64,000 bases of DNA, taken from Octopus sinensis (taxonomy: Eukaryota). The position numbers were made by a program, and so were the translations under genes. A model generated the notes under the pieces. It was given only the letters and a program-made list of their open reading frames with translations, had not been told where the DNA came from and searched no databases. Shown one piece after another: positions 42,372 through 54,870 of this stretch (positions within the stretch are counted from its first letter, which is position 1; each line of letters begins with the position of its first letter). The stretch covers positions 71,734,001-71,798,000 of the forward strand of contig NC_042997.1 of the NCBI RefSeq assembly GCF_006345805.1, written 5' to 3'.

Positions 42372-43281
42372 GAATAAGTTTTATCTTTTTATTATTTTTT
42401 TATTTCCTCAAACGTATTAAAAGAAGGTAGATAAGCAACACCTAATTTTGGCTTCAGTTATATTTGAAAATACAGTTATGATTAAATGGCAGGATATCAA
42501 AAGAATGCTTTGAAATTCCCTGCTTGGTTCAAATGTTTTCAAATATGCTGGCTTACACCGTGGAATTTCCACGGGTCCTACTAGCTGTTGTTGTTGTTAT
42601 TTTGGTCCTGTTACTTATTTCGAGAACTCCCTTCAACATAACATTTTCAAATCATGCTTTGTTTATTTATTGAAGCGGGTGGTTAAAAAGAAATCACATT
42701 TTACACCCGTTTTAGGAATGTGTATTGGTCGGGGTTTCAGAAGTAGGGTAACAATTATTCATTCAATACAATTATCACTTTATCCACCCAAGATTGCACT
42801 GAGGTAGTTAAACACCCTAAAGAACATTCTCTTACCAACTTACCAACCAAACACCACCAGACACACATGTGTCGTCGCAAGAATTGACTCGAGATTCAAG
42901 TCATCTGAGAATAAAGTGGATATTTTTTCAAAGATTGTGTATGTTTGTTGTTGTTGCTGTTGGGAGATGATGATGACAGTGGTAGAGATGATATTTGTTT
43001 ATTTTCAGGGCTTGAATTAGTTTGGAATTGGAGTAATATTGCACTTTGACGGGTGTTTGTGTGTGTCTGTGATTGTGTATGTGTACGTATGTGTGTGTAT
43101 GAAGTGTGTGTGCGTGTGAGTGGCGCGAACGCGTATTTTAAGTTTCACATTATTTATACAACGTGTATTTCTGACAATCCTTAACTACACAAACACGTAT
43201 ATACATCGTATGCAAGCAAGTATATACATGCATGAGTGCATGAACGCATACGTACACATGCTTTCATACATACATGCGTGC

Positions 43282-43316
<35 letters not shown>

Positions 43317-45172
43317 CATACATACATACATACATACATACATACATACATACATACATACATACATACATACATACATACATACATCAACATGTTCATC
43401 CATTGAATGACTGATGACTTGCGCGATGTCTTTGTTTAAAGTGAGAAGAGTTTCGCACCATCAACTTCCCTTTCTCGTCAATGACCATCTTCAGTCGAAA
43501 GGCAAGACCAAGTCAAGACCGCTGGGATGTAGACAGATGCAGTGGATGACTGAGATGTCTTACTTGCCTCAACGTGTTCCATGCAAATCGTTCCTGTATC
43601 CACCTTCCTCTCCGTTGAAGCATGAATATTTCTTCCGCAGAGTCTGCCGGATCCAGTCTTCACATGCATTAGTAAGCAAACTTTGATATGCTAAACCATA
43701 GCTGGTACCCAGACAAGTATTACTACTCCTGGTTAAAACAGAGCTGGGAACACTGGTGGTTAAGAGGTAGTTCCACACTCTTTAAAACCAGTGAACTCCC
43801 GAACCAGGACCCCATTACAGTTTAAAGTCAGGACGTAGATATATGCAAATGAAAGTTATAAACGGCTCACTGACAAAATACGAACCATAACATTCTAGGG
43901 GATTACAGTATGTGGTTTAGGCTCTGTATATTCCTATTTCAGATTTTACCTTTCTGTAAAATAAAGTGTTGAGTCACATTTAGTCTCTAACAACCTCCCA
44001 AACATGTTATAGTCATCTGTCAACGTTAAACTCATACACCATACAATCATACAGTAAATAGATATATTTTAAGAATTCTGAGTTCAAATATTCTAGTTTT
44101 AATCTTCAGCTGAAACCTATGCACAAAAACTGACCAATGAATTTAAGGCTGAGTGCCAGTTATTACGATGTCGATTTTTCATTTTAGTAGATTTTCATTC
44201 AGTAGATTTTAGTAGATATTTAGGGAGATTCTGGCTTGATTAAGTGAAGTCATATTCTACACCTTTCTACAATAGAAAAAAAATTATTTGTGCTTACTTC
44301 ACATCATTGCAACGTCCACATTCTTTCTCTTTAAGGCAAATCAATAACAATTTGAATTATGATTATTTACTGCTGAGGTGAATTTTTATCGCTGCTTGTT
44401 GGAGATATCTCTCGTCAAGAAGTTAATCTCTGGTGGAGTTTCTGCTTTCGATGAAGTATAGGTACGTGCAGAGGCTAACACATCTTTAGAAGTTCATTGA
44501 CTATCGCAACCACGTTGAAGGCAACGAACAGATGTGGCCACCTTACTATGCTGCTTCCTGAAGTTCTTTTTGACTAAGCAGTACATCTCTGTCAAGCGCA
44601 GTCCAAGCAGTTACTTACCAATACATTCGGCAGAAATTGAATGCTTGAATCCTGAAGAGGGTTAGTGAGAGCATGGACTAGTAGTTTCTTCAGAAGTACT
44701 TTCATCTCGAGAATAATGGGTGATTTCCAAAGTGTCGTTATTTATTTAGTACAAACTATATGGGCACGGAAGTGCCCGTAACCTAACCTGTTGCATTCAG
44801 TGTAATAAAAATATCCTTCACCACACGTTTATTGTCCATGCATGTCTGATAGTAGCTATTGCGTGAAGAAACGACCAGCTGAGATTGTGGTGAAGATCGA
44901 CTCGTGCTTTTTATTTGCAAGAAAATGTGACTGGGTGGCTACGGTGAAGTGAGTTGTATGTTGGATACAGAGTAAATGTTTGAGGATGATGAGTCGTCTC
45001 GGGTCTTTACAAGCATCATTTGAAAGGACGGTATGAGGGCAAAGAGAGGTGCTATCTAGCAATGTCTTTGAAAAAGGATGGGTGAAAGTGCTGAGACCGA
45101 TAATACTTTGATTATGCAATTGTAAATATGAGAGGCAAACAACTGGAAGAGTGCACTGTTGACAGTTTAGAT

Positions 45173-45421
45173 CAGTGTTTCTCAGCCATTTTTTACCTGT
45201 TGGCCCCTTTGGTTCTCATATTACTCTATGGGATCCACTATAGTCATTTGATGCTAAACATATCACATATTTTTATAATTAAATATTATTAGGAATTGTA
45301 TAAAAAGATGGTTGAATATTATGCATTTTAGAAATATAGCCAATTTATTGCACATAAATCATAACAACAAAATCTTATGTGGACTCCCAAAGGCCATATG
45401 GACCCTGGTTGAGAAACACTG
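45173..45421. mobile_element. hAT-type MITE
   Basis: TIRs CAGTGTTTCTCAGCC / GGTTGAGAAACACTG. Left flank gtttagat resembles the NTCTAGAN target; the 8-bp TSD is only partly preserved. Confidence 0.75.
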
Positions 45422-45782
45422 GTTTTTTTGAAACAGAGTAAAGAACTTTTCTTAATAACATTTTATAGTTATTTATAGCTTTTCTGTTGATTTCACCTTT
45501 TTACTCGATGCAACTTACAATGCTTTTCGACCACAACGTATTTGGTTGTTGTTTTTATTGTTATTGTTGTTATTATTTTTATTAAGTCAGTGAACTGGCA
45601 GAGCGATGGAAAATACCTTATTGCTGGTTTATTACATTCTAAGTTCAATTCCTGTCAGGTGAACTTTGTCAGGATCAATAAAATTAAGAACCAGACAAGT
45701 CAGTGGATTTAACTAATCTTCCCGTAAATATTTCTGCCCTAGTGCCTATAGGAGAAAAGGTTATTATTATTATTATTATTAT

Positions 45783-45825
<43 letters not shown>

Positions 45826-48045
45826 CACTTACCTCATCATCATCCAGCAATATCAGCCCGACTAAAACGATGTGTACTTTCATCCCTAAACTTTTCAATA
45901 AATACATCTGAGAAACCTAACAATGGAAGAAAAAATACACAATCAGTTTCAAGGTTGATGTATTTCTCTAAAAGAAAGAAATAACGCTATTAAATTTGTC
46001 AGAAATAGCAGCTAAAATATCCTTCAAGCCTCACACTAATTTATTCAAAATTAGACAAATAGGAAAAAAAATAATAACGGGATGGTCACAGCTGGAATGC
46101 CTTTGATCGTAGATGTGCTACGTCAGGTATTATTTCGTAATAGATAACGATAGCAGTTAATTCTGTATATAATTCAGGCACTGTTATGATATCTGACTGC
46201 GTCTGACATTATCAGACATCAAAATAATGTTAACGTCATTTAAGCTGCTAACGAGAACCACATCAGCTCTGATAAAATACTAATTCTTCCTTCACCATTG
46301 TGAAAACAAATTTCATTGTTGTTAATGGTAAGGATACTGCGATAAATTTTGGTTTTCGTTGAGCATAGATCCTCCTGGGATTGGAAGGTAAACGGCAAAG
46401 AAGAAAGTTTTGGCATTAAGACGCCAGTATATAGTCAAACCAGATAATCGCTTTTCCTTGATTCTATTAGTTCGTTGATTATATAAGAACTTAATATAAT
46501 GTTTCAAGTAAAATGTACTGTGAATGATTAAAGATCATAATGATAGATCGTTTAAAAGTTAATATAGAACATTTTGTTTTAGAAATAAAGTGAGATTTGA
46601 TCATGAACGTCAATAAAATCTGAAAATTAGTAGGTATCATAAAACGCCGAGGTGTTTAAAAAAATTGAAAAAAACAAAAGAACATGCCGATAAGAGATTT
46701 TTGAAGTTGCACGGTTTTAGTGAATAAAAGAATATGATACAAAATCAATCTAAACCATTACGTTTATGAATTTTTTTGTTTTGCAAAGATTCCTGATGTA
46801 AAATCGTTGAAACAGGTACTTTTATATTTCGGGAAGGTCAATAAATAAATGAATAAATAAAAAATTACCATCCGAAACATAGCAAAATCTAAACCGTATT
46901 TTGGTAAAAAGAAAAAAAGAATTATTTTCATTGCAACACGATATAATCACGGTGAAATAGTAAGGTTCCTACAGCCAACTTTAGCCACGAATCTTCAGGT
47001 GAATAGTATAAAATTATGCGTATTATGGGCTAATCAATGTGAGCAAGTAAATCCCAATAACATATGTTGTGAGAAATTCACATATTTAGAAGAGGTGGCT
47101 GCCCATTTAATTTGTCGAACTTTCTCGAGACGTTTGTGCCATGGCTTTGTCGATGTCATCGTTCTGCCAGCAGAAAAAGATTACCAAATTTTAAGGACGA
47201 GAAGGAAATATCGGGTTAAAAGTTAGCTGTGTAAAGACCAAGGTGATACAAATTAATGCAACAACACACCCTCTGTGAAGCAAATTCCAGTCATTGCAAA
47301 AAATTGCAGCGCTGCCAAGCAGGTTTTATTTTGCATCTGCTTGGCATACACAACCTACAACCATATGGACCCTGGAAAAAGGAAATCAAGAAAAGGGGCT
47401 GAAGAACACCTAATACCAAACATTCTATGAAGACATGAAATGAGCTAGGAAAAGTAGGATAGGAAAGGAAAGAATTGCGACAGATGGTTACGTTGGCGAA
47501 AGCTTACTGCATTATGCTTCTTAAAACATGCTATGATCTTGGTCTAAGTGATTTTCTTTTGGTAGTGAGAGTCAGCGATATCTTATGGGATTTTCAATGG
47601 ACTATGATTTGAAGATATACAGAAAAAACGAAATTGTTGAAATAAAGAAGCTGCTACACAGTGAAACTTGATAGATAGATAGACAGATAGATAGATATGT
47701 TTCTTTATAAGCCACACAGGGCTGCACACAGACGGGACAAATTACAAGATAGAGCTTTTCTTTTTGGGGATAAAAAAAACGTGGGTTGGTTTTCGATCAA
47801 AGAGGAAAGCAAAAAACAAATAAAAGCAAAAAATGTGGGGTGATAGAAATAAAAGGAAAAAGAAAAAAATCGATCAATAGGGATCGTTATCACAGAAATG
47901 TCAATATAAAGTGTAAAGAGGAAGACAGGTGAGGTTTACCCGTGGAAAAAAAAGCCTACGGAAAAGACCACGGTAACCTCGGTCAATGAAGTCACATGTT
48001 ATATTTTTTTACAAATAAGCAACTCTCTGTATTAATTTTTACGGT

Positions 48046-50446
48046 TCATAGGATCATAGTCAAGGTGGCTTCGTCATTCATACGTGCCATCCTTGCTACA
48101 TTCACCCATCTTTTTTTAAAACATTCACTAGACAAAATTTGCCTCTCTACTCTCACTTTCCTTTTCAAGTGATACTTGAAGAAGTTGATGAGAGATTGAC
48201 CAGAGAAGAAAGTGTTTGTCTCCAATCCTTTCAGGCGCATCCACCAGATACATTCGCCATAGCCACAAGTATGATAAAAATAGCTCTTCCTTCCCGTTTG
48301 AAGGAAGGAGGCGTGACGATATTAACGATAGACTCGGCTGATAAACCGACACGTCCCACACGTGACAGCAGTCGTTCGACATAAGCCCACAGGTCGGAGA
48401 TTGTTGGACACGATTGCGTGCAGAACGGTTTCGTCGCTCTGATCGCATCTCGGGCAGGTTAGCCCCGTGTTTCTCGAGCCATGCCTATAGAGCTTATCCC
48501 GAACGGGTAGCGCTTCTCGGTAACACTGCCAGGCCAAGGATCTCTGGAAGTTGTCCATAGGTCCCGGCTCGAAAGTCGTCTCAAACAGGCGGGTCAGGTG
48601 TTCCTCGTCGACGCCCAGGTTCGCCCCAAGATCGTTGTCGTACCTCCCCTCCACTAATCCCCTATAGAATGCTTGGGTTGTGTTGAAGTCACTCAAGGTC
48701 GACCCGGGACGGCATAGTTGCTTGAGAGCAATGCGACACTCGCGATGCCATTCGCCCTTCCTCGGCCTCTTTTTGATCCATGACTGCAGTTCTGTCATAG
48801 AGACGAGCTGCGGGAAAGCGTGCCTCACAAACGGCGACCATACCTGTTCACCGTTGTCTACATAGACGCATCAGATGGAGGTTGTCATGGATGCTCCGGC
48901 CTGCACGGCACATGTTTGCGCCTTGTCGACCAGTTTCTTGATGACAAGCGCCAACCTCTTGGCTAACACCTTGGTCAAAATGTTCAGGTCTGCATTGAGC
49001 AGAGTGATTGGCCTAAACTTATCTATAATGTCCCCCTTGTTTGGATCTTTCTTCAGCAGCGTTACGGCTCCTCAACTCACAAAACCGGGTATGCTCCCGT
49101 TTTGCTGCCACTTGCAGTATACCGCCGCCAAACAAGTCTGGCATACAATTGTAAAACTCGTAGGGCAGACCATCCAAACCAGGCAATTTGTCTCTCGAGC
49201 ATTCTGCCATTGCGTCCCGCACATCCGCCGCCGTGATGGCACCTTCGCGCAACTCGTCCTGTACAGTCGAGCAAAGTGCCGCTGAAATGCCTCGCCCACT
49301 GAGCAATTCGCGCCCTTGTTCGTCTACCAGAGACCGAATGGTGGCTTTGTTGCCCTGCTGCGCCTCCGCCACCCGGCCCTCTCTCGCGGCTCCAACGCCT
49401 TCCATCCTTAGAGTACGCATCCTAGCCCTGACAGCACACCCTTTGTGTTTGGTGTTGAAGTGTTGGTCGAGGGCCAACCTCACCGCTAAAACGTCGGGTG
49501 TGATGCCGCTTGTTATTGCCTGTTCTAACTTCTTAACTAACTCACCCTCTACTCTATTTCTATCTACGGCTAGTGCTTTGCTGTATCTAATAGCTTCCGC
49601 TTTTACTGCTCTCTTGAGGGCGAACCACCATTTGTTGTTGACGATGGCTCCCGTTAAAACCCTCTTTACTAACGTGTTGATTCTGTCTCTGAAAACCTGT
49701 CTGGACGGGAACGATGCGTTTAGTTTCCAGTAACCGGGACCCTGCCTTATCCAAGTCTAGCGTACACGTTACGAATTTGTGATCCGTGTAGCTGTCTGTG
49801 TGGAATTGTGGACATCCTAAATTATCCCTGCCTACTGTCCTACACAGTATCCTATCTAGATACGATCTCGACGACCCACTGCGGTTGCTCCATATCCACG
49901 TTGGTGCATTTGGGTGGTCGAGTCGGTACCTGTCAGACAGTTGGAATCGTCTGAGCAGGTCTCTGAGGCATTTGCATCCCCTTCTCCCCACATAGTCTAG
50001 GTGCGTGTCCAAGGTAGCATTCCAATCCCCCACTAAAAGTAAAGGACGAGACGTTCCCAGGAATACTTCTAGACGTCGAAAGAAATCCGGCTCACCTGTT
50101 AAAGGCGGTGCGTAGACTGATACGAGCCGAAAAGCGCACCCATTGCTGCCGTCGACATCCAGGACGACCAGTCTACCCTCCGGGTCTACGAATATCGTCT
50201 TGACTTGAGATCCAGACTCTTGTGAAAAAGTACCGCGGTGCCACTACTGCCCATCCTCGGTAGACAGGGAGAAAAATAAATGTTAAACTGTCCGCCGAAC
50301 ATGGACTTTAGGGCCCGTGGCTCGTGGAGTCTGGTCTCACTTATGGCTATGATTCCCAAATCGTGTGACTTGATGTCATTTAGGAGGTACCCTTGTTTCC
50401 AAGCAGACCCCAAGCCACGCGCATTCACACAACCAATCTTGACCAT
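48046..50446 (-). pseudogene. Tx1-type ORF2 (APE endonuclease, partial RT, C-terminal zinc motif)
   Basis: MVKIGCVNARGL, ISETRL, VYAP, GDWNATLD, SYLDRIL, YTDHK (APE); PGLDGLPYEFY, FRPITLLNADL.ILTKVLAKRL, GRSIHDNLHLMR (RT start); CPRC..DETVLHA. Multiple frameshifts; no YADD. Confidence 0.88.
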
Positions 50447-50979
50447 GATCCTATTGAGGTGTGTGCTTTAAAACACAAAAAGGAAGGTACAGAGAGTTAC
50501 TTACCTGTGTCGAAAGTTTTGGCTTCCTCGTCCTTTGATGTGTCTGGGAGGAGGTTTTTATAGAGTTTTTTTGAAAGATACTTTTGGAAACCCTACTTTT
50601 GGATGGTTGTTAGTTTTGAAGTCATCTTCGCAGATGTTTGTGTGGGCTGTAATGTACTTCATTAGTTTTGAGTCTTTTGTGTCTATCGCTGATAGCATTG
50701 TGTGTGTTTTTGTGGTGTTGGTGCTGGCTTGGTTGTGTGAGGAGCTTTCCCTGCTTTGGTTGCATTTTCTTGTTTGGGTTTTTGTTGTTCTTTTTCTTTT
50801 ACCCCCGGTGGCTATTTGCCACTCTGTCGAAAAAGTCTGACGAATCGGAAGGGGGGTAAAGGCAAAGCGTTTGGATCTATATGTGTGTTTGTAGAAGGTG
50901 TTGTTGTTTTGTGTGGTGTTTGTGTTTTGGGGGTTAAGGGGCAGAATTTGTCTTTTCGTCATTGTTATTTGTTTTTTTT

Positions 50980-51822
50980 TTATGTTGTTCTTGGTGTTGG
51001 TGTTGGTCTGTCTTTTGATGTTGGTGGTGATGCTGTTTCTCTTGTTGCTTGCGATGTCGAAGGTAATTCTCTTCTTGGTGATGTGGTTGGTGAGGGGGAA
51101 ACAGTTTTTGTATCGTCCGCTGTTTTCCCTGTCTTTTGGGTTGAAGGTGGTGTGGGTAGCAGGGGTTTTCTTCCAGGTTTTGGGAGTGGTTGCTGTTGCT
51201 GTTGCCTATTTTTGACAGCAGTTGGGCACTCATATTTGAGGTGTGCCTCACTGTTGCACAAATAGCATCTTGGCCTCCTGCCCTCCACCACTACATACAT
51301 TTTTTGATCTTTTGCCAGTTGAACACTGGTTGGTAAATTGTCTATTGCTTCTTGGAAGATTTGAAGCAATATTTCGAGCTTTTTACCAGTCCAGCTTTCC
51401 TCTGGAATGTCAGCTATTTCTAAAATATCTGCTTCTTCTCTATCGAAGCAGATGGCCGATACCAGCCACTGGGTATCCACTACTGGGGGCACATTGTTTA
51501 TCGTTACTTGCGTTACTCTGCGCCCAAGGTAGCTAGGTACCATTGTTACCTGGTCTGTGCGCAGAGTAAGCGTTGAAAACGTTTTTGATGGTTCTTCCGT
51601 ATGGAAGCGCACTTGCACGGTAGCAAATTTACTTTCCCAGCTCACATAATTTCGGAATTTCCACACGGAAGAGAGACACTTCTCAATCTTTTCTGTAGGT
51701 GGGCTTTCTGGTCTTTTTGTTTTGGTGTTGAGTATTCTGTAAATGATGGTCTTCTTTTGTGTTTCTTCTATGATGTTCCGTGGAATATTTAAATGCATTG
51801 TGTCGCCTTCTTTGGTGAGCAA
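50980..51822 (-). pseudogene. Tx1-type ORF1 (gag-like, CCHC zinc knuckle)
   Basis: CYLCNSEAHLKYEC = CX2CX4HX4C. Frame is open upstream to 51969 without an ATG. Probable frameshift in the A10 run near 50972-50981 continues into 50558..50962. Confidence 0.8.
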
Positions 51823-52442
51823 GGACTTTGTGTCTTGTATTTGTTGGTGAGTAAATTTTAGGATTCTTCTTTTCGGTCGTATGGCTTCCGCGAAATTGTT
51901 TTTTGTGGAGGTGGTGGTGGTGGTGATGTTTGTGGCAGAGTCGTTCGTAGTAGTAGTAGATAACTGCCCTTATCTTGTAAATTATGTATAAATTTTACCT
52001 TTAAAGGCATTTTTTGATATGCTGGCCATTGATAAAAATTTTTTCCCGAAAAAATTTTATCCTATATCAATTATAAATAGATTAGTGCTTCACTTCCGGA
52101 TTCTATCACTCTGTGAAAGTTTCTAGTTCGAATCACATGTGTCTCGAGGTACGCCTAAGATTTTTCTATTTGGATATATTTGGGGTTCTTAAGTCTGCTC
52201 GGGACTTGGTGCTTGCTTCTTTCGTGGGTATGAATAAGTATTTCATTTATATCTCGCGTATGTGCTGCTGAAGAGGGGAAAATTTCTTGTGAATTAATCT
52301 CGAAATTGGACTAATACGGTAATAACGAATTTTTTAGAGATTTTTATCGGTTTGTTTCGAGACGCATAAATTTAATGGTTATCGACAATTTTTTTGTTTC
52401 GGCGTATCTGGCATTAGAATTTTTCTTCTGCCCTTATCTTGT

Positions 52443-52506
<64 letters not shown>

Positions 52507-52611
52507 CATATATATATATATATATGTATGTATATGTATGTATATATGTATGTATATGTATATATATATATATGTATATATATAGAAATATATATATGTA
52601 TATATAGAGAA

Positions 52612-52701
<90 letters not shown>

Positions 52702-52721
52702 GTATATATATATATATGTAT

Positions 52722-52756
<35 letters not shown>

Positions 52757-52773
52757 GGACATATTAATGGAGG

Positions 52774-53008
52774 AAATTCCAACTTAGTGTGATTTTCATG
52801 TTTTATTATTTGTAATAATTACAATTTCACATTATTGAAATAAACTAATTCTTTCATGCGTCACGCAATCATCAAGTTTATGTAGTGGCAGTTATGTTCC
52901 ACACTTATGAGTTGCGAAACACGACTGTCACTACATAAACCTGTTTGCGTAACGCCTGAAAGTACTAGTTCATTTCAATATGGTAAAACTGCAAAATTGT
53001 TGGAATTT
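52774..53008. mobile_element. Imperfect foldback / MITE-like palindrome
   Basis: aaattccaac...attgaaataaactaattctttcatgcgtcacgcaa...gtttatgtagtggcagt is mirrored by actgtcactacataaac...ttgcgtaacgcctgaaagtactagttcatttcaat...gttggaattt. Confidence 0.7.
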
Positions 53009-53591
53009 CATACAAACTCATATATATATTCTTTTTGACAATCTCAAGGTACATAACATAAAGCTCTAAATAATAGTATGTAAATATTAGATTGAAAAAC
53101 CTTTTTGTATAGAAATAGTCGAAGCTGCTCGTAGTAAGTCAGTATAAAGTTTCTCATATAGATAGAAAATTTTGAAGGATTGCTTTAGTACGGCTTTATG
53201 TGAGGCTCGCGATTCCAAAAGAAAGAATTATTTCACGTTCCCTCGAAAGTTTATCAACATTCTTATGACAATACATGTGAGCGCGTGTATGTGTATAATT
53301 CTCCTTTTTGCCACAGTAAATAGCAAAGACAAATGATCTTGCAAAAAAGGTACATTATGCTAAATTGCTATATTCAGAATTATGATGCACGTTTTGACAT
53401 TATAAACCCTTGTCAACTGTTACATGTTTCTTTTTATTTGATATTGTTTTCAAAATATTGGAAAAATTGGCTCCTTGTGTCCCATCCCACTCTAATAAAT
53501 AATAGACGCTACACCTGTATTTAGTTTAAACGAATATTTAAAATAATGAATACGTATTTTGCCAGTAGCTAAGAATTGTTTTGACTCTTAT

Positions 53592-53941
53592 TTCTAGCAA
53601 TGCTGGTGCAGATTGGCACCCTTAATCACTTTAGTGACGGTTGTATTTGTGCCTTTTGGTTTTTCAATTGCGATTAGCTACATTTTATCGAATTAGCCAT
53701 TGATTTCTATAGTATTTTCAATAAACTGACAAGGTGAGTTCAGTTTAAACCTAGGTGACGGAGTAAGTGTCGCTAATAAGAATTCAATCCGAAATCATCG
53801 ATGATCTAACACTCCTCACTTGCTGTATGGTTGCTGTCTCCCTTGTCAGTCAGTAGATAAGCGCTTTGCCCATGGCTAAGAGCTGCTTCTAGCAATTCTG
53901 GTGCGGATTTGCACCCTTAGTCACTTTAGTGACGGTTGTAT
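53592..53941. repeat. 55-bp direct repeat pair
   Basis: 53592-53646 and 53887-53941 differ at 4 positions. Confidence 0.85.
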
Positions 53942-54495
53942 GTATGTATGTATGTATGTATGTATGTATGTATGTATGTATGTATGTATGTATGTATGTA
54001 TGTATGTATGTATGTATAAATAATATATAACTATATGCATATATACAAACATATATGTACATAACTACATGCATATGTATATGTACATGCATATATGGGT
54101 ACAGGACATTAAAAAAACGTGGACAGAATGAGAAACGAAAACATAAAAAACAAAAACATAGAAACCAACCTTTTTTTCGAACAACGAAAAAAAACCCAGA
54201 GAAACGAGACATGCAACACAAAGAACATTTCCTTGATCAGTTGTCCCCTGTTTTATCTACTCCGCGTTTCATACAATGAAAAGAAGAGAAGGAAAATTCT
54301 TTAACACAATTATAAGTTACAATTGTTTCTGTACCATCTCAATTTGAAAAGTCAGTTTATGCGAAAATTCTAATTGATAAATCGCGTAATATTTGCAGTT
54401 CTAGACATTAGAGAGGCACTTAATCAGACTTGCATCAAAGGTGTGCTATTACTTAGTGCGTCCTATATATGTGTGTGTATTAATATATATGTATG

Positions 54496-54547
<52 letters not shown>

Positions 54548-54550
54548 GTA

Positions 54551-54870
54551 AAGATGCGTGGTTTAGTGGTTAGGGCATTCGGTTCATGATCGTAAGGTCG
54601 TGAGTTCAATTCCCGGCGACGCGTTGTGTCCTTCAACAAGACACTATATTTGGAGTTGCCCCAGTTCACTCAGCTGGCAAAAATGAGAAGTACTTGACTA
54701 GTAAGCTAGTCTTATCACATTCTGTGTCACGTTGAATCTCCTTGAGAACTACGTTAAGGGTACACGTGACTGTGGAATGCTCAGCCACTTGCACGTTAAT
54801 TTCACGAGAGGCTGTTTCTTTGATTGGATCAACTGGAATCTTCGTCGTCTTTACCGACGTTGTGTCCGTT
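54551..54870 (+). mobile_element. tRNA-derived SINE related to family C
   Basis: gcgtggtttagtggttagg A box, gagttcaattcc B box, gttgtgtccttcaacaagacact core. Confidence 0.75.

Larger units (their letters stand above)
47705..52449 (-). mobile_element. Tx1/L1-clade non-LTR retrotransposon, disrupted and RT-deleted
   Basis: ORF1 with zinc knuckle; APE-RT-zinc ORF2 remnants; 3'UTR with stem-loop 47931-47980; (GATA)-type repeat at the 3' junction. The 5' limit is approximate. Confidence 0.88.

Noticed and set aside
42845-42905. Minus-strand segment with good acceptor (ttattctcag) and donor (gtaagt)
   Set aside because: Only one open frame (DLNLESILATTHVCLVVFG) and no ADAMTS similarity; could be a cryptic or non-coding exon but is unsupported.
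47737-47755. aaattacaagatagagc resembling the inverted Tx1 5' 22-mer
   Set aside because: Short, gapped, AT-rich match; likely chance.
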